In this document: piece after piece, positions 10,691 through 21,959 of the stretch
Numbering within the stretch: position 1 is the stretch's first letter
Layout of the letters: every line of letters begins with the position of its first letter
Source: Sediminibacterium sp.
GTDB lineage: Bacteria; Bacteroidota; Bacteroidia; Chitinophagales; Chitinophagaceae
Direction of reading: 5' to 3'
DNA length: 64,000 nucleotides
NCBI RefSeq assembly: GCF_051860225.1
Contig: NZ_JBHYEI010000001.1
Span: 1,174 to 65,173, forward strand
The notes under the pieces: model-generated
What the model was told of the DNA's origin: nothing
What the model saw: the letters and a program-made list of their open reading frames with translations, nothing else
The model's database searches: none
Translations under genes and position numbers: made by a program

Positions 10691-12256
10691 TTATCTTTTA
10701 TTTCTTCGTGTAGGGAAACTATTACCCGTTTTAGCACCTCTTCCAATACCTTCTGAAGCTCCATAATGACTCATGGCGCAACGGAAACCAATGGTATTAG
10801 CGCTTTCATTTTCCTCTAAGAATCTTCTAGTGCCTGGGCTTAACCAATAAGCACGATCATTCCAGCTTCCGCCTTTATATACTCTTGACTTATCAGAAAT
10901 CAAGGTAGTTATACCATAGCCATAAGTAACATTACTTAATGAGTCACCATCTAGATAGTTTAGCGCACTGGCTTTTTGATAATTTCTTCTATTCTTGATA
11001 GCAGAGTCAGCTTCAGGCTTCATTTTAATTCTACCCTTATCATCTCTTAAATTACCCTGACCACCACTCATATCAATTTGTTGAAACACATTACCACGGA
11101 ATGGATTAAAATCTTCCGCTTCAGAGTTTGTTAAAGGTCTGTATACATCAGCTACCCACTCACTCACATTACCACTCATATTATATAAGCCATATCCGTT
11201 GGGAACAAATTGGTCTACTTCCGCTGTAACAGCAGCATTATCGTTCAATCCACCTGCCACACCCATATTGTCTCCACTACTTCTTTTGAAGTTAGCCAAG
11301 AAAGATCCTTGATTAGCGCCCTTGGTGGTAGAACGTAAATTATCGAATCCATCATTTCTCCAAGCGTAAATGGCTTTATTGGCAATCAACTCTTCACCCT
11401 TAATTCCTTTATTACTCTTACGTTGTGGATTTTCCATAATGTACCCATAAGCAGCATATTCCCACTCAGCTTCTGTAGGTAAGCGATAATCTCCAAACAT
11501 TAATCCATCTTCAAACTTAGCAACCGTTCTAGGTCTGCCCTGTGCGTCTTTTAATGGATTTTTCTTTGAAGTAACATCTCTACCAGGAACCGCTTGGTAC
11601 TCTCCTAGTAAATAAGCTTTTGTATTAAAATTGTCTTGACCTGCCCCATTTAAGGTTTTCTTTACCTGTGTTTTAGGATCTAAAAATCCCTTAGACATTA
11701 AGGCTAATTCATTAACTCGGTCTGTTCTCCATTTGCAATATTCAGTAGCTTGTAACCAAGTTACCCCTACTACAGGGTAGTTATTGTAAGATGGGTGACG
11801 GAAATAATATTCAACCATTGGCTCATTGTAGGCCAATTCTTCTCTCCATACTAAGGTATCAGGTAAAGCTTGGGTTACAATCGAATCCATACCCGCAGCA
11901 CCAAAAGTTCCTTCTAACCAGTATAGATATTCACGATAATTAAGATTGCTTACCTCGTATTTATCAATGAAGAAAGAGTTCACGGTAACACGATGTGGAA
12001 TATTATTCCAATCGGCCATAATATCTTCTTGAACAGCACCCATGGTAAAAGTACCACCCTGCACAAAAACCAATCCAGGAGCGGTTTTGATGTCTTTAGG
12101 CTTCACCACATTGAAGTTCCCGAATTGCTGGTCATTGTAGTTCCAACCAGTTGCCGTAGACTTTTCTTTCTTCCCTTTGAAAAGGCTACAAGAAGCTGCT
12201 ACACTCACAAGTGAAACCAATAAAACGGTGTTCCGTACAAATTTAATTACCTGCAT
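10691..12256 (-). CDS. gldJ: Gliding motility lipoprotein GldJ (FGE-sulfatase-like domain)
   Basis: Lipobox [52 protein letters not shown]; divergent from porU and not followed by gldLMN. Confidence 0.88.
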   Translation of the reverse strand: MQVIKFVRNTVLLVSLVSVAASCSLFKGKKEKSTATGWNYNDQQFGNFNVVKPKDIKTAPGLVFVQGGTFTMGAVQEDIMADWNNIPHRVTVNSFFIDKYEVSNLNYREYLYWLEGTFGAAGMDSIVTQALPDTLVWREELAYNEPMVEYYFRHPSYNNYPVVGVTWLQATEYCKWRTDRVNELALMSKGFLDPKTQVKKTLNGAGQDNFNTKAYLLGEYQAVPGRDVTSKKNPLKDAQGRPRTVAKFEDGLMFGDYRLPTEAEWEYAAYGYIMENPQRKSNKGIKGEELIANKAIYAWRNDGFDNLRSTTKGANQGSFLANFKRSSGDNMGVAGGLNDNAAVTAEVDQFVPNGYGLYNMSGNVSEWVADVYRPLTNSEAEDFNPFRGNVFQQIDMSGGQGNLRDDKGRIKMKPEADSAIKNRRNYQKASALNYLDGDSLSNVTYGYGITTLISDKSRVYKGGSWNDRAYWLSPGTRRFLEENESANTIGFRCAMSHYGASEGIGRGAKTGNSFPTRRNKR

Positions 12257-12365
12257 TGTCTAAGTTTGTTATACTGATAAGAGTGTAAAGTTCAACTAAT
12301 ATTCGTCGGATTTATTCAATAGCGAATGTATATAAATATTAGTTAGCAAAATCCTAATTTTCCAA

Positions 12366-13034
12366 TTACAAGTACTTTTCGCCGTGATTTCTATTTCTCA
12401 ATTTACGAGCAGGCACTCCTACATGAATTTCATTGTTTCCAATATGATTGATAACGGTTGCCCCTGCCCCAACAATTGAGTCTTCTCCAATATTTATTCC
12501 ATGCTTTACCGTTGCACCTATAGAAACCACTGCAAATTGGCCAACTTTTACAGATCCCCCTAGAATTGCACCCGGTGAAATAGTAGCGAAATCATCAACT
12601 TGACAATCATGGTCAATTGAGGACGCGGTATTTATAATTGAAAAATTGCCAATGACCGTTTCGGGATTAATCACCGATCCCGCCATAACAGCCACTCCTA
12701 TTCCAATTTTAACATTTTTACCTATAATCGCACTAGGATGAATAACTGTAGCGTAATTAAATGGTTTATCTAAGGCGTTAATTTGATTAAAGACTTTAAA
12801 TCTAACAGCGTTATCGCCAATTGCTATGAACAAATGAAGATTACTAGATTCTAAATAATACTTTATTAAAACAGTTTCATCACCCAAAACCTTGTATCCC
12901 AATGTTTCCTCTCCAATTGATCTATTAGCATCAACCAAGCCAATTATATCATACTTCCCTTGTTTTTCAACAATATCAATAATCACTTTAGCATGACCAG
13001 AACTACCTATAATTAAAAGAGGAATTTTCTCCAT
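12366..13034 (-). CDS. PglD/NeuD-family hexapeptide-repeat sugar acetyltransferase
   Basis: IIGSSGHAKV, IAIGDNAVR, IHPSAII, IDHDC, GVPAR. Confidence 0.88.
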   Translation of the reverse strand: MEKIPLLIIGSSGHAKVIIDIVEKQGKYDIIGLVDANRSIGEETLGYKVLGDETVLIKYYLESSNLHLFIAIGDNAVRFKVFNQINALDKPFNYATVIHPSAIIGKNVKIGIGVAVMAGSVINPETVIGNFSIINTASSIDHDCQVDDFATISPGAILGGSVKVGQFAVVSIGATVKHGINIGEDSIVGAGATVINHIGNNEIHVGVPARKLRNRNHGEKYL

Positions 13035-13052
13035 TTTAGAAAATCTTTATAA

Positions 13053-13060
13053 CAAATATA
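13053..13060 (-). promoter_or_regulatory. Bacteroidetes -7 element (TATATTTG) for the acetyltransferase
   Basis: TAnnTTTG 18 nt upstream of the ATG at 13034. Confidence 0.45.
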
Positions 13061-13120
13061 TCTTTAAACAATCTAATGCTGACCGTAGTTTAACTAATTT
13101 CAATTGCGATTAAAATTTCA

Positions 13121-16100
13121 ATGAAAAAATTTTTTTTCTTTTTTGGCTTAATACAAATATGCTTGAATTTATTTTCTCAGCCTAACTATGCCCCTAACTC
13201 GTTACTTGCTAGTGGCCAATGGGTCAAAATAGGCGTAACACAAGAAGGCATATACAAAGTGGATCAAAGCCAACTAAACAGCCTGGGCCTCCCCGCTTCG
13301 CCTTTTCCCACTAATACTATTCGGGTTTATACCAATGCAGCCAATAATGCTGGTTCAATGTTACCAGAAAAAGTTAACGCTTTCCAAATAAACGATTTAC
13401 TTGAAATCCCTATCGAAACCGGTCCGAATTATTTTTTATTTTATGCCCCAGGTCCGCACCAATGGAAATACAATACCAATTCAATGCGCTTCAATTTTGT
13501 TAAGAATTTATACTCAGATACTGCTTGGTATTTTATCACGATTAGTGGAGTGGGCATACCCAAAAGAATTACCACACTTGCTGCAGAAACGCGACTAACA
13601 ACCAGCACCATCAATACTTATACGCATCGCTATGCGCATGAGAATACTCGATTGAATTTGCTGAGTAGTGGTAAAGAATGGGTGGGGGAAAATTTCACCA
13701 ATAACAATGGAACCAGAACATTCAATATACCTTGGACCAATCCAACTAGTTCCATTGAACTATTCACCCATTTCACTAGTCGTTCACTGGGGGCTAACGC
13801 CAATTTTATCCCTTCCATTAATGACCAATCTGTTCAGAATATTAGTATTACTGGTGTTACGGGTGGCTTATTAGATGAGTATGCACGAGAAGCCAAAACG
13901 TTCACTCCTATTGGTTTAAATGCCATTCAAAATAGTAATTCCATAGCAGTAAAATTTCAATACCAATCAACTGCTAATGGAGCAGAAGGATGGTTGAATC
14001 GATTTAGTTTACAAGGGCAAAGAAGGCTAATTCCCGATAATGCTACCAATAGTTTTTACTTTAGAAATACCAGGTTAATTCACCAAGATAGTATTGCGGA
14101 ATACCGTATTGCCCCACCGTTAAACAACGGCTCCCCTACCGTATTTCCACTTGATACCCGTGTATGGAATACGAGTAATCCACTGAACCCGCAACAAGTA
14201 GTTATAACCAATACAAGTAGTGAAATAACTTTTAAAGCCTCCGTAGAAACACTGAATGAGTATGCGTTATTTAACCCTTCACAAGCATTGTCTCCAATCA
14301 TTCCCAGCAATGCAAATATCCCCAATCAAAATATTCATGGACTAGCTCAAAGCGCTACTCCATACAACGGGATCATCGTAGTGCACCCCAACTTATTGCC
14401 GGCCGCCAATCGATTAGCTGCTTTCCATCAAAGCCAATACGGTTATACAGATGCTGTCATAACCACTACACAGTTTTATAATGAATTTTCAGGAGGTATT
14501 CCTGACCCTGCTGCCATTCGTAATGGGATTAAATTATTTTATGACCTGTCAAAAACAAACCCAAACTCCAATGCGAAAACATTGCAGTATATCGTATTGT
14601 TTGGAGCAGGTTCTTTTGATTATAAAAACATCATCAGTTCCGATAGAAACTTAGTGCCTACTTTTCAAAGCAGTAATAGCGTATCACCTTTGCTAACTTA
14701 TACTTCGGATGATTTTTATGCATTGCTAAATGACAATGATGATATCAATCAATTAAATGATGCCCCATTATCCATTGCAGTAGGACGATTACCAGTTGGC
14801 AATTTGCAAGAAGCCAATCAACTGGTTAATAAGATTATTCGCTATCATATTCCATCCAACAATAATCCTTCTAATACCAATAATTCTTGGCGTAGCCAGC
14901 TCGTATTTATTGCGGATGATAAAGACCAGAACTTACATTTGAATGATGCCGAAAGCATTGCTGCCACTGCACTTGCAGCGAACCCTGCATTTAATGCACG
15001 TAAAATTTATTTGGATGCGTTTCCATTAGTCAGTGGTGCAGGTGGAGCAAGATACCCTTCAGTTAGCGAAGCCATTGTGAATCAAGTATTACAAGGTGCA
15101 CTTATCGTAAATTACTCTGGACACGGCAATCACTTGCGTTTATCAGAAGAAGCGGTAATTAGTGCATCAGAAGTGAATCGCTTTAATAACCCTGATAAAT
15201 TACCACTCTTTATTACTGCCAGTTGCGATTTTGATCCCTTTGATCAGCCCAATAAACCTTCTATTGGACGCAATCTTTTATATGGCAGCAATAATGGGGC
15301 TATTGCCTTATTGACAACTACCCGTTTGGTTTTTGCTTATAGCAATCGGATCATGAACCAAAATTATTTGCAATTGGCCATGGAACCCATTACCAATAAC
15401 CCTGCTGGCAGATTGTATCGTTCTTTAGGGCAAGCCACTATGGAAGCCAAGAATCGCAGCAATCAATTGAATGGAGATCCGCTCAATAGCAGAAAATTTG
15501 CCTTATTAGGAGACCCTGTCATGCAACTGGCTTTTCCTGAATTACCCATGCGCATTACCCAAATAACCGATCAATCATCCGGTAGTTTGGTGGACCTCTC
15601 AGATAGTTTATTATCCCGACATAAATACAAAATAGAAGGGCAAGTAAATCAGTTAAATGGATCCATTCAAGCCAATTTTAATGGTATTGCCAATGTACAG
15701 ATTTACGATCAGGCACAAACGGTCTTTACCCTTGGCAATACCCCAGAAAGCCCACGAACTTCTTATTCTACTGAGAACAGTATTTTGTTTAATGGCAAAG
15801 CCACGGTTACCAATGGAAAATTTAGTATTGAATGTGTGATTCCTAAAGACATCAATTTTGGACCAGGCAAAGCTACTATTCGGTTATTTGCAGAATCCAA
15901 TAACGTATTGGCAGCAGGTGCTTTACCTATTCGTATTGCGGGTTCTATGGGAACTATTAACCGTGATACCTCTGGCCCTCAAATCAAATTATACCTAAAC
16001 GATACCACGTTTAAAAACGGAGGTATTACTAGTGAAAACCCTATACTCCTTGCACAACTCTTCGACACATCTGGCATCAACGCAACAGGTAATGGTATTG

Positions 16101-16642
16101 GACATGATATAGTACTAGTAAAAAATAATGATGAACGAAACAGCATTGTTCTCAACTCCTTTTTTAGTAACGATTTGAATCAATACCAACGCGGAACAAT
16201 CAGGTATCAGCTACCTACCCTATCCGAAGGAAAATACCAACTCAAACTAAAAGCTTGGGATATGGTTAACAACAGCAACCAAGCGTTTTTAGACTTTGTA
16301 GTTTATAAGCAGGAGAAATTAAAAATCACCAATATCAGAAATTATCCCAACCCATTTAAAGCAAATGGAGGCAGCACTATATTTGCATTTGAACACAACC
16401 AACCCAATACCGAATTATTGGTAGCCATTCAAATAGTGAATAGTGCTGGGGCATTAGTAAAAACAATACAACAGAAAGTGAAAACAGAAGGAACTAGAAA
16501 TGTTGAGGTTAAGTGGGATGGAACGAGTAGTTGGGGAAAAAGAAATAGTTCTGGCGTATATTATTACAGCGTAATTATTAGCACTCCAAATAATCCTATA
16601 TTGGGTTCAATAATAAAAGTTGGGCAAATTATTATTGATTAA
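13121..16642 (+). CDS. porU: T9SS sortase PorU (C25 gingipain-like peptidase)
   Basis: GQWVKIGVTQEGIY, SGKEWVGE, SDDFYALL, AVGRLP, catalytic NYSGHG and TASCDF motifs, DTSGPQIKLYLND, C-terminal NYPNPF domain. Confidence 0.93.
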   Translation: MKKFFFFFGLIQICLNLFSQPNYAPNSLLASGQWVKIGVTQEGIYKVDQSQLNSLGLPASPFPTNTIRVYTNAANNAGSMLPEKVNAFQINDLLEIPIETGPNYFLFYAPGPHQWKYNTNSMRFNFVKNLYSDTAWYFITISGVGIPKRITTLAAETRLTTSTINTYTHRYAHENTRLNLLSSGKEWVGENFTNNNGTRTFNIPWTNPTSSIELFTHFTSRSLGANANFIPSINDQSVQNISITGVTGGLLDEYAREAKTFTPIGLNAIQNSNSIAVKFQYQSTANGAEGWLNRFSLQGQRRLIPDNATNSFYFRNTRLIHQDSIAEYRIAPPLNNGSPTVFPLDTRVWNTSNPLNPQQVVITNTSSEITFKASVETLNEYALFNPSQALSPIIPSNANIPNQNIHGLAQSATPYNGIIVVHPNLLPAANRLAAFHQSQYGYTDAVITTTQFYNEFSGGIPDPAAIRNGIKLFYDLSKTNPNSNAKTLQYIVLFGAGSFDYKNIISSDRNLVPTFQSSNSVSPLLTYTSDDFYALLNDNDDINQLNDAPLSIAVGRLPVGNLQEANQLVNKIIRYHIPSNNNPSNTNNSWRSQLVFIADDKDQNLHLNDAESIAATALAANPAFNARKIYLDAFPLVSGAGGARYPSVSEAIVNQVLQGALIVNYSGHGNHLRLSEEAVISASEVNRFNNPDKLPLFITASCDFDPFDQPNKPSIGRNLLYGSNNGAIALLTTTRLVFAYSNRIMNQNYLQLAMEPITNNPAGRLYRSLGQATMEAKNRSNQLNGDPLNSRKFALLGDPVMQLAFPELPMRITQITDQSSGSLVDLSDSLLSRHKYKIEGQVNQLNGSIQANFNGIANVQIYDQAQTVFTLGNTPESPRTSYSTENSILFNGKATVTNGKFSIECVIPKDINFGPGKATIRLFAESNNVLAAGALPIRIAGSMGTINRDTSGPQIKLYLNDTTFKNGGITSENPILLAQLFDTSGINATGNGIGHDIVLVKNNDERNSIVLNSFFSNDLNQYQRGTIRYQLPTLSEGKYQLKLKAWDMVNNSNQAFLDFVVYKQEKLKITNIRNYPNPFKANGGSTIFAFEHNQPNTELLVAIQIVNSAGALVKTIQQKVKTEGTRNVEVKWDGTSSWGKRNSSGVYYYSVIISTPNNPILGSIIKVGQIIID

Positions 16643-16647
16643 ATCCT

Positions 16648-17298
16648 ATGGAAAGAGAGACATACATTGTTGGAGCTGGAAGCATTGGTGGACATATCGT
16701 TTCGAATTTGAACTTGTACAATTTAATATCATCCAAAATCAATTTTGTAGATGATGATATTGAGAAATTAAATACGCATCATTGTGGTGTTAAGGTTGCA
16801 GGTAATATAGACACCCTATTGCAAACTTTAAAAGAAATTGATGTAATTGTTGCAATAGCTAACCCAATAGTAAAGAGCGATATTGTGATGAAATTGAAAA
16901 AAAACAACAATATCCGATTTCCATCATTGATTGCAAATAATTCATGGTTTTCGCAGGGTGTGTCATTGGGAGAAGGTTGTATAATTTATCCTAATTGTAG
17001 CATCAATTATGGCTCAACTTTAGGTGATTTTGTTTTATTGAATATGAATTGCACAATAGGACATCATAACAGTATTGCTACTTGTAGTTCATTATACCCA
17101 TCTGTTTCAACAGGTGGAAACACAAAAATTTTAGAAAATGTTGAAATTGGAATTGGCTCATCAATCATTCAACATATTACCATAGGAAAAAATGCAATCA
17201 TTGGCGCAGGCTCAGTTGTTATTAATGATGTGATTGATAATTCAAGTGTTGTAGGAGTGCCAGCTAAAGAATTAAGAAAAGAAAAGATCAAAGAGTAG
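16648..17298 (+). CDS. PglD/NeuD-family hexapeptide-repeat acetyltransferase
   Basis: YIVGAGSIG, FVDD, IGHH, IIGAGSVV, VVGVPAK; starts 5 nt after the porU stop. Confidence 0.85.
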   Translation: MERETYIVGAGSIGGHIVSNLNLYNLISSKINFVDDDIEKLNTHHCGVKVAGNIDTLLQTLKEIDVIVAIANPIVKSDIVMKLKKNNNIRFPSLIANNSWFSQGVSLGEGCIIYPNCSINYGSTLGDFVLLNMNCTIGHHNSIATCSSLYPSVSTGGNTKILENVEIGIGSSIIQHITIGKNAIIGAGSVVINDVIDNSSVVGVPAKELRKEKIKE

Positions 17299-17310
17299 AA
17301 AATATTATCT

Positions 17311-18612
17311 ATGACAATTGGAGAATATATCAGACTGAAAGCATTTAAAGTTATCAATCTACTTAAAAGTGACTCAATAAAAGGCTATTTAAATGAGTTG
17401 GAAAATTTTGAAATGGAAGAAGCTAAATATGCTGTAGTTGAAAAAAAACTATATGAATTTCTTCGCAGAGCACAGGATTCCACTCCTTTATACAAAGAAA
17501 AAAAGAACGAGTATAATTTAAACGCCTATCCAGTAATTACAAAGAAGTTTATAAGTAATCATTTAGAATTGATTTTATCAAAAAGTTATTCTAAACAGGA
17601 ATTAAAGAAAGTAACTACAAGTGGATCTTATGGAACACCGTTCTCCTTTTATCTTACCCCTGCAAAGAAAAGAAGACAATCAGCTGAAGCGATTTTTTAT
17701 AGTAAGAAAGCTAATTATGAGGTAGGCATTTGCCATGGATATTTCAGAACAAAATTAAGCAAGAGTAAAATTGAGCGGTGGTTACAAAACGAATATTTTA
17801 TTTGTTCAAAAGTTTTGGGAGAAACATTTTATTCAGAAACAAGAGCGCTTTTAAAAAAGAAAAAAATAAAGGTATTAATAGGATTTGCATCTGCAATTGG
17901 AATGTTAGCAGAGTATTGCATAGATAAAGGAGATAAGCCAGAAGACTTTTCGATTTACGGGGTATTGACTTTTGCAGAAACGCTTACTGCTAAGCAGCAA
18001 TACAATATTTCGAAGGCATTTGGTTGTAAAGTGGTTAGCAGGTATGGTACTGAAGAATTAGGAATACTGGGGTACCTAGAAGACAGAGAAAAGGGTTTTA
18101 TATTAAATACTTGTAACTATATTTTTGAGATACTAAAACTAAACGAAGATATTAGTGTGTTGCCAGGAGAAACAGGGCGAGTTGTAGTAACGGATTTACA
18201 TTCAGATGCACTTCCTTTAATAAGATATGAAACAGGAGATTTGGCTGTATTAGGTGATGTATTTTTAGAGAACAAGAGTTGGGCAAAGAGTTTGAAGTCG
18301 TTATCTGGCAGAGTAATACAAATTATTAATGCTACCAACGGAGATCAGCTCTTTTCCTCCTATTTTGAGTTTATTATTGAAAAGTATGAAGTTGTTACAC
18401 AGTATCAATTGGTACAGGAAACGGCAAAAAATTTCATCTTACGAATTGTTCTGAAGTTGAATTTTAATTCTGAGGATTTTTCGGAGTCTGACCTAGTACT
18501 TGATATGAAAAAATGGTTAGGTGAAGATGCTCAAATTAGCATTGAGATAGTAGATGATATAGAAATGCTGCCTTCAGGAAAGAGGCCTTCGATTATTAAT
18601 AAAATTGATTGA
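17311..18612 (+). CDS. Phenylacetate-CoA ligase family (CapK/PaaK-like) adenylate-forming enzyme
   Basis: TTSGSYGTPF, YGTEELG, VVTDLHSDALPLIRYETGDLA, PSGK. Confidence 0.85.
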   Translation: MTIGEYIRLKAFKVINLLKSDSIKGYLNELENFEMEEAKYAVVEKKLYEFLRRAQDSTPLYKEKKNEYNLNAYPVITKKFISNHLELILSKSYSKQELKKVTTSGSYGTPFSFYLTPAKKRRQSAEAIFYSKKANYEVGICHGYFRTKLSKSKIERWLQNEYFICSKVLGETFYSETRALLKKKKIKVLIGFASAIGMLAEYCIDKGDKPEDFSIYGVLTFAETLTAKQQYNISKAFGCKVVSRYGTEELGILGYLEDREKGFILNTCNYIFEILKLNEDISVLPGETGRVVVTDLHSDALPLIRYETGDLAVLGDVFLENKSWAKSLKSLSGRVIQIINATNGDQLFSSYFEFIIEKYEVVTQYQLVQETAKNFILRIVLKLNFNSEDFSESDLVLDMKKWLGEDAQISIEIVDDIEMLPSGKRPSIINKID

Positions 18613-18663
18613 CTGTTATATTAAAAAATTAGTGATCCCCGATTTGGGATGTATATTATTTAT

Positions 18664-19689
18664 CTATGTAGAACGGTATAATGGGAAAAAATTACTTTTT
18701 ACGTCCTTTTGAAGTTTCTCATTTATTTCAGTATATATATTTTGATCAACTACCATTTGCCAGGTCTCATAGGAAGTAAAAAAATTTGAAAACCCAGATT
18801 TAAAACGGAATAATGAATCATCATCACTACCACCAACTCCACCACCTAAATGAAGGAAGTCTAAATTTAGTTCATTTCCCATCAACCTAGCTTCATCTAA
18901 TATTAACTTCATTGGAGTCTCTTTAATAAATTCGATTTTGGTTCCTGCTAAATGATATTGCATAATTTTATTAGTAATAGTAAAAATAGCTCCCGCTGCT
19001 ATTACACCGTCTTTTTTGGCTAATAGTATTACACTATTAAAACATTTACTATTCAAAAAATCATAAAAATATTTATGATCAAAAAAGTAGCTTTGAGAAG
19101 CATTTACCCTAATCATTGTTTCATGATAAATTGAAATAAATTCATCTATATCATCTTTGGTCTTCCCTACCGCAACTTGAAATCCTCTCTTTCTCAATTG
19201 ATTCAATTCAGATTTATTTGATTTTCTATATTGTGACCTTTGTTCAACTGTTGATAATCTCAAATCAATTGTTACCGTTTTATTAATATTCCTAACAAGA
19301 CCAAAATTTTCAAACAACTTACCATAGCTAATTAAAGGATGTAATCTTGAAAAAGCAGTAATTATTTTATTATCCTGAAAAAATGAAAGAAGAGCATATT
19401 GAAAAAATTGAATAAAGTCCAATTTTATAAAATCCAAATTAATATTACTAATTGGTCCACAATATCCATAAGCAGATGTACAATCAAAATAATCAGAGTT
19501 TGGAATTTTTCTGATGACAAAAGGAATTGCTATGAAGTTATTCTCCAAATAAACAACAAATAAAATAGGCCGATTTCCCTTTTCCAAGCTATGATACGAT
19601 TTTGTATGATAGAAATCAAAAAAAATACAACTACCTATGAAATTTGACCAAGATTCATCTGTTACCTCAATTATTTTATACTGGAACAT
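18664..19689 (-). CDS. FemAB-like/GNAT-fold acyl- or aminoacyl-transferase
   Basis: DFYHT, DCTSAYGYCGP, RLHPL, IYHETMIRVNA, YHLAGT, LHLGGGVG, LFRFKSGF. Confidence 0.75.
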   Translation of the reverse strand: MFQYKIIEVTDESWSNFIGSCIFFDFYHTKSYHSLEKGNRPILFVVYLENNFIAIPFVIRKIPNSDYFDCTSAYGYCGPISNINLDFIKLDFIQFFQYALLSFFQDNKIITAFSRLHPLISYGKLFENFGLVRNINKTVTIDLRLSTVEQRSQYRKSNKSELNQLRKRGFQVAVGKTKDDIDEFISIYHETMIRVNASQSYFFDHKYFYDFLNSKCFNSVILLAKKDGVIAAGAIFTITNKIMQYHLAGTKIEFIKETPMKLILDEARLMGNELNLDFLHLGGGVGGSDDDSLFRFKSGFSNFFTSYETWQMVVDQNIYTEINEKLQKDVKSNFFPLYRST

Positions 19690-20731
19690 AAACAAAATAT
19701 TCTTTAATCAACTTCGTAATAATTAAAACATCATATTGATTATAACGATAATCCAAATGAATAAAAAGTATACGATTTTCAACATCTATATCTTCTTGCC
19801 AGATTTGATTAGGCCACAGAACAGCAGGGAAAATATTATTTTCAATTAAATAATCCTTAAACTTATTTTTAATTATTGTTGTTTTGAATTCAAGGCACAA
19901 GCCAAATACATCACAATTACTAGATTGAAAATTTATAATAACATCCTTTATATTACTTAATTGCTCTAATGCTGTTTTAATGTTATTTTCCTTAATCTTT
20001 AATACCTTTTTAGCATTAATCTTTAGTAAAATCTCATATGCACAATTCGGCATTTTAGCATTTGTAAAATCAGATTGAAACTTTTTTTCACTCTCAGTGA
20101 ATAATTTTCTGTATAAAGATTTATCTTGATTAGTACCATCCAAATACTCATTTTTTAGCTGCATAGCTAAAAGCCTATCACCTGCTACTTTCTCAGCGTT
20201 AATATTTAAAGTCCCCTTAGGCAATGGTTTCATTTTAGGTGAAATACAGAAGCCACCAGCTGGTAAAGGAAGTTCCTTACGAAGTGAGCCAAAGCAATAA
20301 TCGGCTTTACTGTTTTGAAAGCTTAAAATACTATGAGTACAATCTTCAATTATAACTGTTTTATTAAAAGATATATGGTCAATTTTCCTAACTCCAAAAA
20401 AAAATACATTTATAAAGACATTTGTATCAATATCCTCGATATCAAGAAAATTGATAGTCGAATTAACAAAAGGATTGTAATTATAATAGAGGATTTGAAC
20501 TGATAAAGATTTAATAAAAAGAGGTACTTCATGACAATAAAAACTTGGAAAATACACTTTCTTCCAGCCCCACAATTTTATGCCTTGACTTATGATGTGA
20601 AATAAAGCGGCTCTGCCAGAAAAGAATAGAGAAAATTCTTCTCTATGAAAAATTGAATCTTCGATGGAATTTGAGACTATATCTTCATGAAGAAAATAAT
20701 GAAAATCAGAACCATATTCTTTATTAATCAT
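19676..20731 (-). CDS. Divergent DegT-like PLP-dependent aminotransferase
   Basis: SGRAAL, YFPSFYC, IEDCTHS, FGSLRK (Schiff-base Lys position). Start set at ATG 20731. Confidence 0.65.
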   Translation of the reverse strand: MINKEYGSDFHYFLHEDIVSNSIEDSIFHREEFSLFFSGRAALFHIISQGIKLWGWKKVYFPSFYCHEVPLFIKSLSVQILYYNYNPFVNSTINFLDIEDIDTNVFINVFFFGVRKIDHISFNKTVIIEDCTHSILSFQNSKADYCFGSLRKELPLPAGGFCISPKMKPLPKGTLNINAEKVAGDRLLAMQLKNEYLDGTNQDKSLYRKLFTESEKKFQSDFTNAKMPNCAYEILLKINAKKVLKIKENNIKTALEQLSNIKDVIINFQSSNCDVFGLCLEFKTTIIKNKFKDYLIENNIFPAVLWPNQIWQEDIDVENRILFIHLDYRYNQYDVLIITKLIKEYFVYVPV

Positions 20732-21288
20732 TAGTTCCAATAATTATTTTCATTAATTAAATTAAAATAATCATCTCGCGTTATTCCAACTACAAATTGA
20801 TCCCACCATTGATTTTTTCTGAAATAATGATTTTTTTTTATCCCTTCAATTTGCCAACCACACTTTTTTGTGTATACTCCGATTGAAGCATCATTTCCAG
20901 AGATAATTGTTGTGTTCATTCTCATTAGACCTAACTCTTCAAATGCATATTTATTTATTGCCATTATAGTATCCTGACCAAACCCTTTCCCTCTGATATT
21001 ATTATCCCCTAATAACATACCGTGAAATGCATTTCGGTCTTTCCAATTAATGTCAACTAAATTGGCCATTCCAATTAAACCTAAATCTATAGAATGAATC
21101 GCAAATCTTTGATTAATATTATTGATTGATAACGAGTTATACCACTTTTCTTGGTCTTGCATACTAGAAGGGAAGTGCCATCCTCCTAACATGTAATTAA
21201 TTTCGGGATCATTAGACCATTTTAAAAGCAAGCTTAAATCTTCTCTTTCTATTGCTTTCAATATAACTTTTCTACCAAGTATATTCAT
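20731..21288 (-). CDS. RimJ/RimL (PseH-like) GNAT N-acetyltransferase
   Basis: LKAIEREDL, IGMANL, RGKGFG, YAFEELGL. Confidence 0.8.
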   Translation of the reverse strand: MNILGRKVILKAIEREDLSLLLKWSNDPEINYMLGGWHFPSSMQDQEKWYNSLSINNINQRFAIHSIDLGLIGMANLVDINWKDRNAFHGMLLGDNNIRGKGFGQDTIMAINKYAFEELGLMRMNTTIISGNDASIGVYTKKCGWQIEGIKKNHYFRKNQWWDQFVVGITRDDYFNLINENNYWN

Positions 21289-21310
21289 AATTAAGATTTT
21301 TTAATATTCT

Positions 21311-21931
21311 TTATCTCAAATTCTTTGATAATCCAATATCATCAACCTCACCAACAGCTTGACCATTAATGACTGAATTAGAATTAAAAATAATCGATTT
21401 AACAGTCATTATTATAATTTTCATATCCAATAAAAATGAGATGTTTTCAACATAATAAATATCATTTTTAAGTCGTTCACTAAATTTTAATTTATTTCTA
21501 CCTTTAACCTGAGCTAACCCGGTAATTCCTGGTCGAACATTGTGTCTTTTTTTTTGCTCTTCTGTGTAAGTCAACAAATATTCAGGCAATAAAGGTCTAG
21601 GACCTATGAAACTCATATCCCCGCTAATAATATTAATTAATTGAGGAATCTCATCTAAAGATGTTTTTCTAATTATTCTGCCGACAAGAGTTAACCTATC
21701 TGCATCTGATAAAAGTACTCCATTTGAATCCATTTTATCATTCATAGTTTTAAATTTAATTATCTTAAAAATTTTTTCCTTTTTACCTGGTCGTGATTGA
21801 AAAAAAAAGGGCAATCCCTTATTTGAAATAAATAGTATTAAAGTCACAATGAGAAAAAAAGGACTCAATATAATTAAGAATAATATAGCAGTAAAAAAAT
21901 CGAAAAATGGTTTTATAAATTCTTTGTACAT
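21311..21931 (-). CDS. PglC-like phosphoglycosyl transferase
   Basis: KFKTM, SLDEIPQL, DMSFIGPRPLL, RPGITGLAQVKGRN. Confidence 0.9.
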   Translation of the reverse strand: MYKEFIKPFFDFFTAILFLIILSPFFLIVTLILFISNKGLPFFFQSRPGKKEKIFKIIKFKTMNDKMDSNGVLLSDADRLTLVGRIIRKTSLDEIPQLINIISGDMSFIGPRPLLPEYLLTYTEEQKKRHNVRPGITGLAQVKGRNKLKFSERLKNDIYYVENISFLLDMKIIIMTVKSIIFNSNSVINGQAVGEVDDIGLSKNLR

Positions 21932-21959
21932 CAAAAACTAGATTAAAAAATAAAGTATT

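Noticed and set aside
10691-12256. GldK or a generic formylglycine-generating enzyme
   Set aside because: The N-terminal TGWNYND motif, the length and the position divergent from porU without gldLMN fit GldJ.
12294-12344. 10-bp inverted repeat upstream of gldJ
   Set aside because: AT-rich and short with a 31-nt spacer; plausible by chance.
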